Origin: Bdellovibrionota bacterium
GTDB taxonomy: Bacteria; Bdellovibrionota_C; UBA2361; JBGSMV01
Reading direction: 5' to 3'
Length of the DNA stretch: 64,000 bases
Assembly (NCBI GenBank): GCA_044356455.1
Contig: JBIKWF010000006.1
Location: forward strand, 4,477 to 68,476
The position numbers were made by a program, and so were the translations under genes. Under the pieces are notes generated by a model, which was not told the origin of the DNA, ran no database searches, and saw only the letters and a program-made list of their open reading frames with translations. Numbering within the stretch: the first letter of the stretch is position 1; each line of letters opens with the position of its first letter. Shown here piece after piece: positions 9,196 through 19,689 of this stretch.

Positions 9196-10687
9196 ATCCT
9201 ACTTCCCTTTCGAGGCGTAGAACCGCAGACGATGTGTTCGCCCCTGCCCCCGCCTGAGAACTTGTACCCACCGCTCCGCCCATAGATCCTGCGGCAGATC
9301 CCGCTGAAGATCCTCTCGCCTGCGCTAGCGAACTCCTAAGCTCAGCGGGTTCCATGCTCGTGAGCTGCACCAGCTCTTCAACCGTCGCAGTCTTACGGCG
9401 CTTATCACGCCCCCCCGCTTTTACAAACTCAAACTGCAGCGCTTCGACACTCGCGGAACCGGAACGCGAAAGATGATGCGCAGAAACCGCTCGAATTCGG
9501 CTCTCATAGAAAGAAATCATCATATTATCGAGCGCAATGACGATATCGCCGTTGGCAAGTCGCACACAGGGAAAGTGCGGAGGTAAAATCTGCTGCACGA
9601 TTCGATACACCTGCTCAACGGCAGTTAAGGCCGCGCTCGTACCCGAAGTTCTCTCGAGCTCATGAAAATTCGTGGGCACAATCCGCGTTATCTCGAGCGA
9701 TTGAATGCCCACTGAGCGAGAAAGCTCAGAGGCTCGCCTGAGGAAAGAATGCCATGCCACATCAGGGTGAGCCCGCCCCTGCTGCTCAACCAGTAGTCCC
9801 ACGGTACTACTTACCTCACGCGCAAGGTCCTCCAGGAGCTTTCCCTGCAGCTTAGAAAAGGCAAATGACTTCTTACTATCGCAGGCAAGCACTCCCGTGA
9901 GGTGCTCCTGCTCGGCGCCCGAGGAGGCCAACATGCCGTAGGTATCATCGAGACGGATGGGGATACCTATGAAGCTCTTGAGTTGCTGATCGGAGGAGTA
10001 AATGCCTAACGTGCGGCTATCGAGTTCAAAGGGTGAGACGTGAATAGACCGCGCGTGTTTCGCTACCCAACCCACAAGACCATTGCCGCGAGACACCTGG
10101 CTGTGAGGAATGACTTCCGGACATAGGGAGTGGAAACCCGCCAGGACCATAGTATCCGGTACGCCCTCTGGACCCACGAGGCTTGGATCGAGAGCTGCAA
10201 TTACGCTGGCGTGAAAAAAAACAAAGCAGCTATGGGCATCAGCGAGATTCGCCCCGAAGCGCGCCAGTCGACAAAGATCGGCGTAGCCACGCTGAGAAGG
10301 AGTACCTGAAAGGGGATTGGTAGAGGACGCAGCTTGAAAATGAGGCGCTGAAAAAGCTGCGCGGTTTTCAAAAAGTGCAGAGTCTTTGCTTGGAGCAGCG
10401 TCTTCTCTTGGAGCAGCATCTTCTCTTGGAGCAAAGCCAGGACTTCGAGATGCAGGGCCACTCGCGCGCGCAGCAGCGGAACTTGCCGCGGGAGCTTCGA
10501 GGCGAGATTTCAACTCTTGCTTGGCATTCGAAGCGTGGGGAGAAGCAGCGCTGCGGGTGTTCCCGCCAAAGGCCCCCACTCCCGTGGTAACAGAGGTGCG
10601 AGAAACAGGACTGCCTATGGGGGTGCTCCGCGGTGAATTACCCGCTTCCGCCAAGAGGCGCTCTCTCGCAGCAGCATCTTTGCTCAT
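9176..10687 (-). CDS. GAF-like domain protein with S/A-rich disordered termini, overlapping the mreB start
   Basis: The central region (CFVFFHASVIAAL...GWVAKHARSIHVSPFELDS...GIPIRLDDTYGMLAS) is GAF-like. ATG at 10687 has a weak AAGAGA RBS. The track TTG at 10753 has none. Confidence 0.4.
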   Translation of the reverse strand: MSKDAAARERLLAEAGNSPRSTPIGSPVSRTSVTTGVGAFGGNTRSAASPHASNAKQELKSRLEAPAASSAAARASGPASRSPGFAPREDAAPREDAAPSKDSALFENRAAFSAPHFQAASSTNPLSGTPSQRGYADLCRLARFGANLADAHSCFVFFHASVIAALDPSLVGPEGVPDTMVLAGFHSLCPEVIPHSQVSRGNGLVGWVAKHARSIHVSPFELDSRTLGIYSSDQQLKSFIGIPIRLDDTYGMLASSGAEQEHLTGVLACDSKKSFAFSKLQGKLLEDLAREVSSTVGLLVEQQGRAHPDVAWHSFLRRASELSRSVGIQSLEITRIVPTNFHELERTSGTSAALTAVEQVYRIVQQILPPHFPCVRLANGDIVIALDNMMISFYESRIRAVSAHHLSRSGSASVEALQFEFVKAGGRDKRRKTATVEELVQLTSMEPAELRSSLAQARGSSAGSAAGSMGGAVGTSSQAGAGANTSSAVLRLEREVGYGYRRA

Positions 10688-10965
10688 GAAATTCTCTTTG
10701 TCGTCGCCCTTAGAGGGTCCCTCGAGAGGCGCTACGACTTTATTGAAACCCAATAAAACAGGTGCTCAATAAAAAACGTAACAGAGTGAAGGACTTCCGA
10801 CAATGTGCTTTCTTTTAATCCGCTCTCGCGGAGAGATAGGAACCCGAGAGGAACTAGTCCTTCACGCGCGGGAGGGGGACGCGGAAATCCAGACCTATGG
10901 CTTGGGCGATCCTGACGTCACTGCATTGAGGCAAGGCTAGAAACTTGCGCGCAAATAAACTCCGA

Positions 10966-11325
10966 TTACCGGCTACGCACTGGCGCAAAGCTGCAGGAAA
11001 CGCAAAACCCTTCTTCATGCATGCGGCCAAGGCGCTTAAGACCAAGCTCATAGGTCTCACTCACACCAAGCTGCTGGAACACCTCAAGCATGAGGTTTTC
11101 AACGACAGGCCGAGTGACCGCATCAAGGGAGGTCGAAATATCGAACTGGTCGATGCGAGCAAGGTTGTCTCCTTCTCGGACAAAGATAGTAATCCCAAGG
11201 GGAGAGCCGCGGTGCAAGGCACGACGCAGTTTTACACGCCGAGAAGAGTTTGCGCCTGTGGCAAACTCAAAGCCCTGAGGCATGGAATGAGAACCACTAT
11301 TATTGGCAAGACGAACTGCTGACAT
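10966..11325 (-). CDS. Hypothetical protein; strand ambiguous, since an overlapping plus-strand ORF at 10945..11322 is equally possible
   Basis: Only ORF-level evidence. The minus strand was chosen because flanking genes are on the minus strand. Confidence 0.2.
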   Translation of the reverse strand: MSAVRLANNSGSHSMPQGFEFATGANSSRRVKLRRALHRGSPLGITIFVREGDNLARIDQFDISTSLDAVTRPVVENLMLEVFQQLGVSETYELGLKRLGRMHEEGFCVSCSFAPVRSR

Positions 11326-11434
11326 ACCACCCCCCGGAGGAAATCGCTCAAAAACGTAAGATCAAGGGTTGTTATGAAACGCCGCGGGGTTCGTGTGTGC
11401 CCTAGCTAGGGAAGCTAGAATACTTGTTCCTAGG

Positions 11435-13030
11435 TTAGGCATTCCGATTAGCGGGTGAATGATGCATAAAATTCAGTGCCTTAAGTCTATTTTGGCAAAT
11501 ACCCCTCGCCCTAAGGCCGACAAGAATCGCGACCAATCCAAGTATCAGGGCCCCCTCCCAAGGACCGCATTCGACATACACCCCAGGGAGGCGCGCGCAC
11601 TGCACCACCAGTTCACGAAGAAGAGTGAGCGCGTGCGCTACGACATCTAGGAGGAAGCCCGGCCGATCCAGGCCCCCTGCGCTAAGAACAAGCGCACCCC
11701 CACCGACTAGTGTACCTGAGACACTGAGCACAGGAGCAAGCGCAGGATTAAGCAAAAGCCCCCCAAGGGAGACAGCTCCGAACCAAACTGCCGCGAGCGC
11801 GAGGGGAATGAGAGTTGCCCAGAAAGACACACTCAAGAACGTTTCCACCTTCCCCTTGCCTCCTTCCGCCCCTAACGCAATGCCCGCAAGAGCCCCATAC
11901 GTGAGCTGCACTCCCGGCTCAAAGAGGGCACCGGGATAAAGCAGCAGAAGAATACAAAGTGAACCAAGAATAGACGTCCAAAGAGAACTCGATCGTTCAG
12001 AAAGCCTCCCGGCTACCACAAGAACCATCGCAATCGCTGCGCGCAAACTTGAACTATCAAAACCTACCAGCGCGACAAAAGCCGTGGTGAAAAGAAAAGA
12101 TGCAAGAGCTGGCAGACGCACCCACCAAGCACCACGAAGGCCACTCAAACGCAGCACTACTCGCATCGCCCCAAAGAGGAGCGCATAGACTAGTGATACC
12201 TGATACCCCGACAGCACAAGGAGATGCGACAACCCAGCCGCTCGAAACCCCGCTTCGGTTCGAAGGCTTAAAGAATCATGCTCACCAAGAGTAAGCGCGA
12301 GCACGAGCCCAGCTCTTTCGTGATTTCCAAGCACCGCAATGGCCTGATCCTTTATTCTTTCGCGCACGCGCTCAAAAAATCCAGGAACTCCGCGCGCAAG
12401 CCGCGCAGCGTAACGCACGCGGCACTCACCCGAAACTCCATGCCGGAGCAAAGTAGCCTCGTAACTAAACGGGTTCGAATTCCATGACACTGGCTGCACA
12501 TGGGCGAGAAAAACAAAGGTGTCTCCACGCACCATGCCATCTACTTCGCGCCAGGGAAGGTCCACGGCGCGGCACCGAAGGATTCGGGACCGAAGAAGAG
12601 ACTCACCCTCGGAAAATTCGCGCAGTACCTGAACCTCGAACTGGACACCACCTGGAACTCGGCGACGGGGGCCCTCCACGATCTCCCCAGCAAAACGCCT
12701 TTCACCTGGGACCAAGGGCTCAGATAAACCGGCCACAAGAAGTCCTAAACTGAGACACCCAGCAGCGACGCCAAGAACAAACGGAGCGCCCAGTGCTGAC
12801 CGAGACCACCTACTGAAGAAGCAAATCACTACGGCAAGTCCCACATAAGCAAATCCGAGCCAAGCCAGCATCTGCCCTACTACTAGTCCCAAAGTGACGG
12901 GGACAAGGGGGCAAGACGCACGTACCCGAGCGAACGCGCGCCTCGAAACTGACGTTCGAATTCCAGCAAGAAAAGAAAAATGAATCATGCGAGATTGCAC
13001 CATGCGATACGAGAGAAACGCCCCCCACAC
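11435..13030 (-). CDS. comEC: ComEC/Rec2-family competence membrane channel (competence domain only, no beta-lactamase domain)
   Basis: Polytopic membrane protein with the GLSHLLVLSGYQVSLV motif typical of ComEC. Confidence 0.65.
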   Translation of the reverse strand: MWGAFLSYRMVQSRMIHFSFLAGIRTSVSRRAFARVRASCPLVPVTLGLVVGQMLAWLGFAYVGLAVVICFFSRWSRSALGAPFVLGVAAGCLSLGLLVAGLSEPLVPGERRFAGEIVEGPRRRVPGGVQFEVQVLREFSEGESLLRSRILRCRAVDLPWREVDGMVRGDTFVFLAHVQPVSWNSNPFSYEATLLRHGVSGECRVRYAARLARGVPGFFERVRERIKDQAIAVLGNHERAGLVLALTLGEHDSLSLRTEAGFRAAGLSHLLVLSGYQVSLVYALLFGAMRVVLRLSGLRGAWWVRLPALASFLFTTAFVALVGFDSSSLRAAIAMVLVVAGRLSERSSSLWTSILGSLCILLLLYPGALFEPGVQLTYGALAGIALGAEGGKGKVETFLSVSFWATLIPLALAAVWFGAVSLGGLLLNPALAPVLSVSGTLVGGGALVLSAGGLDRPGFLLDVVAHALTLLRELVVQCARLPGVYVECGPWEGALILGLVAILVGLRARGICQNRLKALNFMHHSPANRNA

Positions 13031-13422
13031 TATCGAGGCTGATGCAGGAATGTTTCGTCTTAGGGCAAATCTTATTTCGCTAGCAATTTCGGCAGCTTAA
13101 GCCGAGAGCCTCGGTGATTCGCTTATGCGCAAGAGTGTTCTCCCGATGAAATCGCTGTGCTAGGATCCAGCGGTAAGACTCTTCAGAGAGCTCCTACATT
13201 ATTTCCCAGAGCGGCAGCACCGCTTTGGGCCCCCCACTGCGATAGCGTTCTAAACAGATTGGGGGGTGGTGTGTTGCTGGAGGCATAGGAGCCGACAGCA
13301 ATCGGAACGTAACATTGAATAAACGCGAAAGGGCTTTCCCAACTCACGCCTCGAATAACACCGAACATCGGTAAAAAGAGACCGGAGGGAAGGACAACTT
13401 TTCACGCACAAGGAGACCCAGC

Positions 13423-14760
13423 ATGGGCCAGGCCGCAAAAAAGGTTGAAACATCTTCTATGACGAGCAAATTTACCGACTACAAAGTAAAAGACATCGGT
13501 CTTGCTGAATGGGGCCGTAAGGAAATCACCATCGCCGAGAAGGAAATGCCAGGACTTATGGCTCTCCGCGAAGAATACGGCGCCTCGAGGCCTCTAAAGG
13601 GCGCGCGCATCGCCGGGTGTCTCCACATGACCACGCAAACCGCGGTCCTTATCGAGACGCTCATCGTTCTCGGCGCTGAGGTTCGTTGGTCAAGCTGCAA
13701 TATTTACTCGACTCAGGACGAAGCAGCGGCTGCCATCGCGGCTGCCGGAATTCCCGTATTTGCGTGGAAGGGTGAGACTCTTGAAGAGTACGATTGGTGT
13801 ATCGAGCAGACCCTGAAATTCGGCGACAAGAATCTCAATATGATTCTTGATGACGGCGGCGACCTCACGATGCTGATCCATAACAAGTATCCTGAAATGC
13901 TTAAGGACTGCTTCGGAATTTCCGAGGAAACCACCACCGGGGTGCACCGCCTGTATCAAATGATGGCAGAAGGAAAGCTCAAGCTCCCTGCTTTCAATGT
14001 GAACGACTCCGTCACCAAGTCAAAGTTCGACAACCTCTACGGCTGCCGCGAATCTCTCGCAGACGGCCTCAAGCGCGCCACAGGCGTCATGCTTGCTGGT
14101 AAGGTAGTCGTCGTTGCTGGTTACGGCGACGTAGGTAAGGGCTGCGCTCATTCGATGTCGAGCTACGGTGCTCGAGTACTCATCACCGAGATTGACCCTA
14201 TCTGCGCGCTTCAGGCATCGATGGAAGGCTACCAAGTGGTGACCATGGAGCAGGCTGCTCCTATTGCTGACATCTTCGTTACCGCTACTGGCAACGTCGA
14301 CATCATCAACGAGAAGCACTTCACGGCGATGAAGGACCAGGCAATTCTTTGCAATATCGGACACTTCGATAATGAGATCGACATCTCGTGGCTCGAGAAG
14401 AACTGCAAGGAAGAGTTCAATATCAAGCCTCAGGTCGATAAGTTTGTGATGAAGTCAGGTCGTGAGCTCATCGTCCTGGCACGTGGTCGATTGGTCAACC
14501 TTGGCTGCGCGAGTGGTCATCCGAGCTTCGTCATGTCGAGCTCTTTCACCAACCAAACCTTGGCTCAAATTGAGCTCTTCACCAAGAAGGGTCAGTACAA
14601 GGTGGGAGTCCACACCTTGCCTAAGGTCCTGGATGAAAAGGTGGCTCGTTTGCACCTTGGAAAGCTTGGCGTAAATCTTACTGAGCTCAGCAAGAAGCAG
14701 GCTGACTACCTTGGTATCAAGGTTGAAGGTCCCTTCAAGCCCGAGCACTATCGTTACTAG
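13423..14760 (+). CDS. ahcY: Adenosylhomocysteinase
   Basis: [17 protein letters not shown]...NAD-binding GYGDVGKG...[20 protein letters not shown] lies 7 nt upstream of the ATG. Confidence 0.9.
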   Translation: MGQAAKKVETSSMTSKFTDYKVKDIGLAEWGRKEITIAEKEMPGLMALREEYGASRPLKGARIAGCLHMTTQTAVLIETLIVLGAEVRWSSCNIYSTQDEAAAAIAAAGIPVFAWKGETLEEYDWCIEQTLKFGDKNLNMILDDGGDLTMLIHNKYPEMLKDCFGISEETTTGVHRLYQMMAEGKLKLPAFNVNDSVTKSKFDNLYGCRESLADGLKRATGVMLAGKVVVVAGYGDVGKGCAHSMSSYGARVLITEIDPICALQASMEGYQVVTMEQAAPIADIFVTATGNVDIINEKHFTAMKDQAILCNIGHFDNEIDISWLEKNCKEEFNIKPQVDKFVMKSGRELIVLARGRLVNLGCASGHPSFVMSSSFTNQTLAQIELFTKKGQYKVGVHTLPKVLDEKVARLHLGKLGVNLTELSKKQADYLGIKVEGPFKPEHYRY

Positions 14761-14825
14761 TGCTATCGCTCCCGGCACCTTCGGATCGCTCGCATGGTAG
14801 CGATAGAAGAAGCGGAGAGCATGGT

Positions 14826-14870
14826 AAAAAAGAGGCGGAGTCAGGTGAAAACCTGGCTCCGCTTTTTTTA
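14826..14870. terminator. Bidirectional intrinsic terminator after ahcY
   Basis: aaaaaagaggcggagtcaggtgaaaacctggctccgcttttttta: a GC stem flanked by an A-run and a T-run. Confidence 0.6.
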
Positions 14871-15239
14871 CTGGGGCTCGTGTTCATAAGACCGCGAGAT
14901 GCGCCATAGCCAAAGCTAGGAGTGTGTCCCGTGGAAACAAAAATCTTCGGTATGGACAAAATCCGTAGATGAGCTGCCCCTGCCACCTCAACTTGTAGCG
15001 GCAAGAATTTTAGCCGGAACAGACTCTAAGCGAAGCCGTCTCGGTTCATTCTGAAACTGCATTCGAAAAATAATCGCTCCGTAAGTGACAGGTTCTGTGA
15101 TATTGAATTAACAAGTGATCGAGTTGGGTAGATGGGAATGGCGCCGCAGTCCAAGCGAATCCCCTTGAAATGCGCCTTTTAAGGGCTTTTTAGGGGACTC
15201 TCTTGGATTGCGACGACCGAGCGTAAATGGTTGCTTGGT

Positions 15240-15570
15240 TATATTAACTTGATCTCTCTCTCCTCCCTTGCCCCGGAACCGACAGGTTCCCGGGGTGAGT
15301 TGACTCCTCTCATGTCATGCACGGGTCCGGCGACGTCTCTACGGTAGCGACGTCAGTGGGACTCATACGGCGGGACTCAACCGGCGGGACTCAAACCGCA
15401 AGGGGCTACGACCCTTTCGTCTGGCTCCCTCCGGACCCGTGCATGATTTTTGTATTTATTCTGTAAACTTGCCCCCTCTCTCTCTTGGCGACTGGCAACA
15501 TGCTGGTCGCCAAGGATTCTCCCTCTCTCCGGCACGGCAGACCTCGCGGGGTCTGCTGTGCTTTTGGCTC
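15240..15570 (+). other. Highly structured non-coding region (candidate sRNA(s) and terminators) in a 1.4-kb gene-free convergent gap
   Basis: A 15-bp perfect long-range stem (catgcacgggtccgg at 15315 pairs with ccggacccgtgcatg at 15431) is followed by ttttt. It encloses a GACGTC hairpin and 3x GGGACTCA(A/T)ACCGGC repeats. A second hairpin plus T-run lies at 15532..15566. No ORF exceeds 90 aa. Confidence 0.3.
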
Positions 15571-16020
15571 ACCGGAATCCGTCCCGAACCCTCGGTGACG
15601 GTGGGCCAGTTTTGGGAACTGCGGAATAGAAATTAGTTTGCGACGCTGAACGCACGTCGCTTACAAAATCCTATTCTGTGGTCTCTCAGGTGTGATTGGA
15701 CGATCATGTGCGGTAGGCGTTATGGTGTTGAGCAGACTTGAGGTGAGAAACACTCCCCTCCTCCCTGCACTCACCTTGCAGCGCTCCACGTGATGCCAGG
15801 TGATGCTTACTTCCCCGTGGTGCCCTCCGGCCACGAAAGCGTCACTTACCGCGCCTGCTCCTAGAGGTTCTCTGGTTTTCCTCAACCGGTTTTCCTTTAG
15901 GTCGCTCGGTCGTCCAATCACGCTTTTATTTTTCTTAGAAAGAATTGGTTTATCAAAACAACCACTAAGACCACAGAGACCACAAAGAAAGGAGAATACT
16001 CCACTTGCCTCAGGGCATTT

Positions 16021-16178
16021 CTAAGGAACCTCTAAAAACCTTCATTCTTAAGACACCTCTGTGTACCTCTGAGTCCTCTGTGGTGAAATTTTCATGAAGA
16101 AATTCACCACAGAGGACACAGAGGTACACAGAGGTACACAGAGGTACACAGAGGTAAATTTTTCAGAGGTTCCCTAAG
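16021..16178. repeat. MITE-like element copy 3, with internal 4x tandem tacacagagg expansion
   Basis: ctaaggaacctctaaaaacc...cctctgtggtgaaattttcatgaagaaattcaccacagagg (acacagaggt)x4 ...tttttcagaggttccctaag. Confidence 0.8.
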
Positions 16179-16204
16179 TTTGCCTCAGATATTCCAAGGG
16201 AATC

Positions 16205-17134
16205 TTAGCGAGGCGGGCTTGAGGTCGCCTCGAAATAACTTTGCTCAAGGCTTCTCTGACTCTCGACTCCCAGAACTCCAACCTTGTGCCTAAAAAGCCA
16301 AAAGAGCACGCGGCTATTAACCTCGGGGATTTGAAATTCGCCAGGGTTGAACTGCACAAACAAGAGCCGTGCCTCCGGGCGGGTGAACCTGAACTCGGGA
16401 AAATGTCCCTCAAGCTCCTGCAAATCAAGATTTCCCTCATCAAGGCGAAACGTAATACGCGAACTTTGCGCGAGGAGCGACTTGATGGGTCCTTCACGCA
16501 CCACCTGCCCATGGTCTACCATCACGACATAATCACACATGAGCTGGAGCTGGCTTAAATCGTGGGAACTAATCACAAGCGTCGTGGTTCCCCTCAGACT
16601 ATCAACACAGTTCCTAAAGGCCATCACCATCTTGGGATCGAGCCCCTGGGTCGGTTCATCAAGTAGTACTACGGGGGGATTCCCCACCAACGCCTGTGCC
16701 ACGCCTAAGCGCACGCGCATGCCGTGAGAAAGCGTAGCAACTAAATCCGAAGCTCGGTCTTCAAGCGCGACAAGCTTTAAAACCCGGCGCACCTCCTCCC
16801 ACACTTCGCGTCCGCTGAGGCCCGCAAGCTTGGCAAAGAGAACCAAGTGCCGCTCGACGGATCGGTTTTCAAAATACATCACGTCCTGTGGGAGTACCCC
16901 TACAATCCCTCCCTGCGCTCGAAATTGCGCAAGGGGCATGCCCTCTACTTCGATCGTCCCCGAATTGGGTTTAAAAAATCCGCCTATAAGCGAAAAGGTT
17001 GTCGTTTTACCCGCCCCATTCGAACCAACAAAGGCAGCAATTGAAAGCTTAGGGATGGAAAAAGAAATCCCACGCAAGGCCTCACGCTTTCCGAAGCGCT
17101 TCACGAGGCCCGTGACACGCAGCGCCGCTTCCAT
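16205..17134 (-). CDS. ABC transporter ATP-binding protein
   Basis: Walker A GSNGAGKTT, signature and Walker B LLDEPT. Confidence 0.85.
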   Translation of the reverse strand: MEAALRVTGLVKRFGKREALRGISFSIPKLSIAAFVGSNGAGKTTTFSLIGGFFKPNSGTIEVEGMPLAQFRAQGGIVGVLPQDVMYFENRSVERHLVLFAKLAGLSGREVWEEVRRVLKLVALEDRASDLVATLSHGMRVRLGVAQALVGNPPVVLLDEPTQGLDPKMVMAFRNCVDSLRGTTTLVISSHDLSQLQLMCDYVVMVDHGQVVREGPIKSLLAQSSRITFRLDEGNLDLQELEGHFPEFRFTRPEARLLFVQFNPGEFQIPEVNSRVLFWLFRHKVGVLGVESQRSLEQSYFEATSSPPR

Positions 17135-18010
17135 TTACAGAGCCCTCCGCAGGAAGAGCGAAAGGCCCCCCACGCATGAAATTGCGGTCCATACGAGCAT
17201 CCCCACTACGGAACGCCATTCGTGTCCAAATACCGGGGCAACGAGGCCCGTTGAAATGGGGGACCAAAAAGGAGACGCCCAAGGAGCAATAAAGAGCATA
17301 CCAATAAAGGCAATCCATAGCAGATGAAGCCGAACCACCGCATTCATCGGTTTTGCGCTCCAGCAAGAAACAAACTGCGTGCTTGCCACAAGAAAGAGCA
17401 GAAAGGCCACGAGCACCATGGCATTAAGGGCCATCGGACGAGCATAGAGGGCCATGCTGAAAAAGGGGTCGCGTGCCGCCGAGACCACAATAAGAGCCAC
17501 AACCGTAATGGCGTAGAGGATTAGATAGAGAATGAAATGCGCCAGTAACTTAGAAAAATAGTAGGCAAGCCGAGACGTGCGAAGAAGCAAGAATCGAAGC
17601 GTTCCCCGATACACATCGATAGCAACCATGTCGCAGCTGACAAGCGCGACTAGAGTTGGGAACCAGAGAAGAAATAGCAGCTGGGAGATTACCACCGATG
17701 ACGGCCAGCCTCCGAGCTCACCAATAATACGTGCGAGTTCTCCGAAGCCGTTTTCGTTCGCCCAATCAAGCGCTTGATTTCTTGCGCCGGCATCATTTCG
17801 GAAGAAGCCGATGCTGGGCCTGAGCCGCTCCTCAACATAGACCAGCCCAAGAACGACAAATCCAATTACCCAGACATAGGCAAACAGCGAAAGCATTGCT
17901 CGCTTACGCATGACAAGATCGCGCAGTTCTTCCTGAGTCAAAATGAAAACGTGGCGTACGAAACGGTGCAATCTCACTACCATGCCGCGAACCTTTGCCC
18001 CATTGCTCAC
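17135..18010 (-). CDS. ABC-2 family transporter permease
   Basis: Six or more predicted TM helices. Directly abuts the ATPase gene (stop/start adjacent). Confidence 0.65.
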   Translation of the reverse strand: MSNGAKVRGMVVRLHRFVRHVFILTQEELRDLVMRKRAMLSLFAYVWVIGFVVLGLVYVEERLRPSIGFFRNDAGARNQALDWANENGFGELARIIGELGGWPSSVVISQLLFLLWFPTLVALVSCDMVAIDVYRGTLRFLLLRTSRLAYYFSKLLAHFILYLILYAITVVALIVVSAARDPFFSMALYARPMALNAMVLVAFLLFLVASTQFVSCWSAKPMNAVVRLHLLWIAFIGMLFIAPWASPFWSPISTGLVAPVFGHEWRSVVGMLVWTAISCVGGLSLFLRRAL

Positions 18011-18098
18011 TCAAGCCCAACCAAATTGAATGCCGGTTAGTGCCTTGAATAGTGGATCTCGTTTTTCGGAAAAGAACCTTGAAGATGACTGCGCATGG

Positions 18099-18512
18099 CT
18101 AGTGGATAATTACCGGATATAGCAAATCAAAACGTGGGATAGCCACCTCAAAGAAACTTCCCTCAGCGGATCGGAAGGTATAGGAACCTTGCATCGATCC
18201 ATAAGGCTCATGAATCACGGCCCCGCTCGTATAGGTAAATTTTTGTCCCTTGGCGAGAGTTGGCTGTTTTCCGACAACCCCGGGCCCGACTACTTCAGCA
18301 AGCTGCTTTTCACCTGAAAAGATAATCCAGTGCCGCTCCATAAGCTGAGCCGTATCACTTCCTAGATTCTCTAGGGTGATGGTGTAGGAAAAGGCATACA
18401 CATTCTTGGCAGGGTCGGATTCCTCGACTAAGGCCGAAGGAACTGCAGAGACCCGAATATCGCGGGTCACCTGGGAATACCCCATGCCGGCCGGATTTGG
18501 AGTTGTTGACAT
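18099..18512 (-). CDS. apaG: ApaG (DUF525) protein
   Basis: ...YAFSYTITLENLGSDTAQLMERHWIIFSGEKQ...GVVGKQPTLAKGQKFTYTSG typical ApaG fold sequence. Confidence 0.75.
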   Translation of the reverse strand: MSTTPNPAGMGYSQVTRDIRVSAVPSALVEESDPAKNVYAFSYTITLENLGSDTAQLMERHWIIFSGEKQLAEVVGPGVVGKQPTLAKGQKFTYTSGAVIHEPYGSMQGSYTFRSAEGSFFEVAIPRFDLLYPVIIH

Positions 18513-18850
18513 ATCTGGCGGCTCCCCTTGGCATCAATGCAAAAATAGCCTGATAACCTGACTTTCTAGGATGTTGGGCTGTGAGGCAAGTGTTCTCTTT
18601 CGGCTGAGGCCCTTCGCGGACCTTGTAAGGGCGAATTTTGGTCGAACGGCGAGCCGAACGCCCCTTTTCAGCACTTTAAGGCACACAATTAGCACTAAGT
18701 TATTGCAATGACGGGCCCATCCCTTGGATCTCAGCACAAAGGTTTGCTATAGAGTCCTGCACGATGGCTAAGCTTAGGTTAGCCCCTGAAGCCCACCCCC
18801 CTGCCAAAGGGTCGTAAGGCAGCTTGTATCGGTAGTAGTCGTTTTCAATT

Positions 18851-18926
<76 letters not shown>

Positions 18927-18928
18927 TA

Positions 18929-19185
18929 TTTCCCGCTCGGCGCTCTGCCCAGGGACTCCGCCCCTCGCTTCGCTAATCGCTCGCACACCCCGTCCTCTTC
19001 GCTGGGCTTCGCCCTTCGAAGCTTTATTTACTTTGGCGACCCCATGCATTTCCCGCTCGGCGCTCTGCCCAGGGACTCCGCCCCTCGCTTCGCTAATCGC
19101 TCGCACACCCCGTCCTCTTCGCTGGGCTTCGCCCTTCGAAGCTTTATTTACTTTGACGACCCCATGCATTTCCCGCTCGGCGCTC
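18929..19185. repeat. 120-bp direct tandem repeat, 2 full copies plus about 15 bp, starting 2 nt after the tRNA-Thr CCA
   Basis: tcccgctcggcgctctgcccagggactccgcccc... recurs at 18931, 19051 and 19171. The unit end (gaccccatgc) resembles the tRNA 3' end (cccatgggcggctcca). Confidence 0.85.
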
Positions 19186-19383
19186 CGGTCCCCTTGCCCT
19201 TGGGACTCGAGCCCCGTCGAATCGAGACCGATTGGTAGGGCGCCATGTCCTCATGGCGCCGAAGATCCTTCGACCTGCGTCCATGCCCCTCCCCTGCCGC
19301 CACCAGAAGAACCTCTATATTCCATTTTTTCTCTCTGTACTTTCGGTGCCCTCTCTGATCTATCAGCACTTTAATCATCTACT

Positions 19384-19430
19384 TGAGGACACAGAGTTCA
19401 CAGAGAATGTCTTTTCAGAGACTCCCTAAG
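19384..19430. repeat. Partial (right-half) MITE-like element
   Basis: gaggacacagagttcacagagaatgtcttttcagagactccctaag. Confidence 0.55.
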
Positions 19431-19491
19431 GAAACTTTCCCCCGAAATCTCCGATTACTGACTTCGTCTAGTATTTAGTAGGAGATAATTT

Positions 19492-19689
19492 ATGGCATTT
19501 GCAACCCCTAAGGCCCTCGCGATACTCGAGGTGCCATTTAAGGAAAAGGACGAAGCAAAACAACTTGGTGCGTGGTGGGACCCCACCATAAAGAAATGGT
19601 TTGTTCCGCTGGGACGCGACGTAGATCTCTTTAAAAAATGGATTCCTGAGGAGGAAACGGACTCTCAAGAAAGAACAGGAAATAGGTAG
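19492..19689 (+). CDS. Small stand-alone DUF5710-like protein (a domain otherwise found at primase/topoisomerase C-termini)
   Basis: VPFKEKDEAKQLGAWWDPTIKKWFVP matches the conserved DUF5710 motif. AGGAGA lies 7 nt upstream of the ATG. Confidence 0.5.
   Translation: MAFATPKALAILEVPFKEKDEAKQLGAWWDPTIKKWFVPLGRDVDLFKKWIPEEETDSQERTGNR

Noticed and set aside
10945-11322. Plus-strand 125-aa ORF overlapping the minus-strand 119-aa ORF
   Set aside because: The strand cannot be resolved from sequence alone. Only one low-confidence CDS is reported.
13180-13422. Possible SAH riboswitch upstream of ahcY
   Set aside because: I could not find the GAGGAGCGCUGC and CAGGCUCGG consensus blocks by eye. An Rfam RF01057 scan would decide.
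18927-19185. CRISPR array after the tRNA
   Set aside because: The repeats are 120 bp and directly tandem with no spacers, so this is not a CRISPR.
19190-19262. Minus-strand tRNA-like sequence (gggactcgagcc...)
   Set aside because: No cloverleaf could be built. It is a family-2 GC palindrome.
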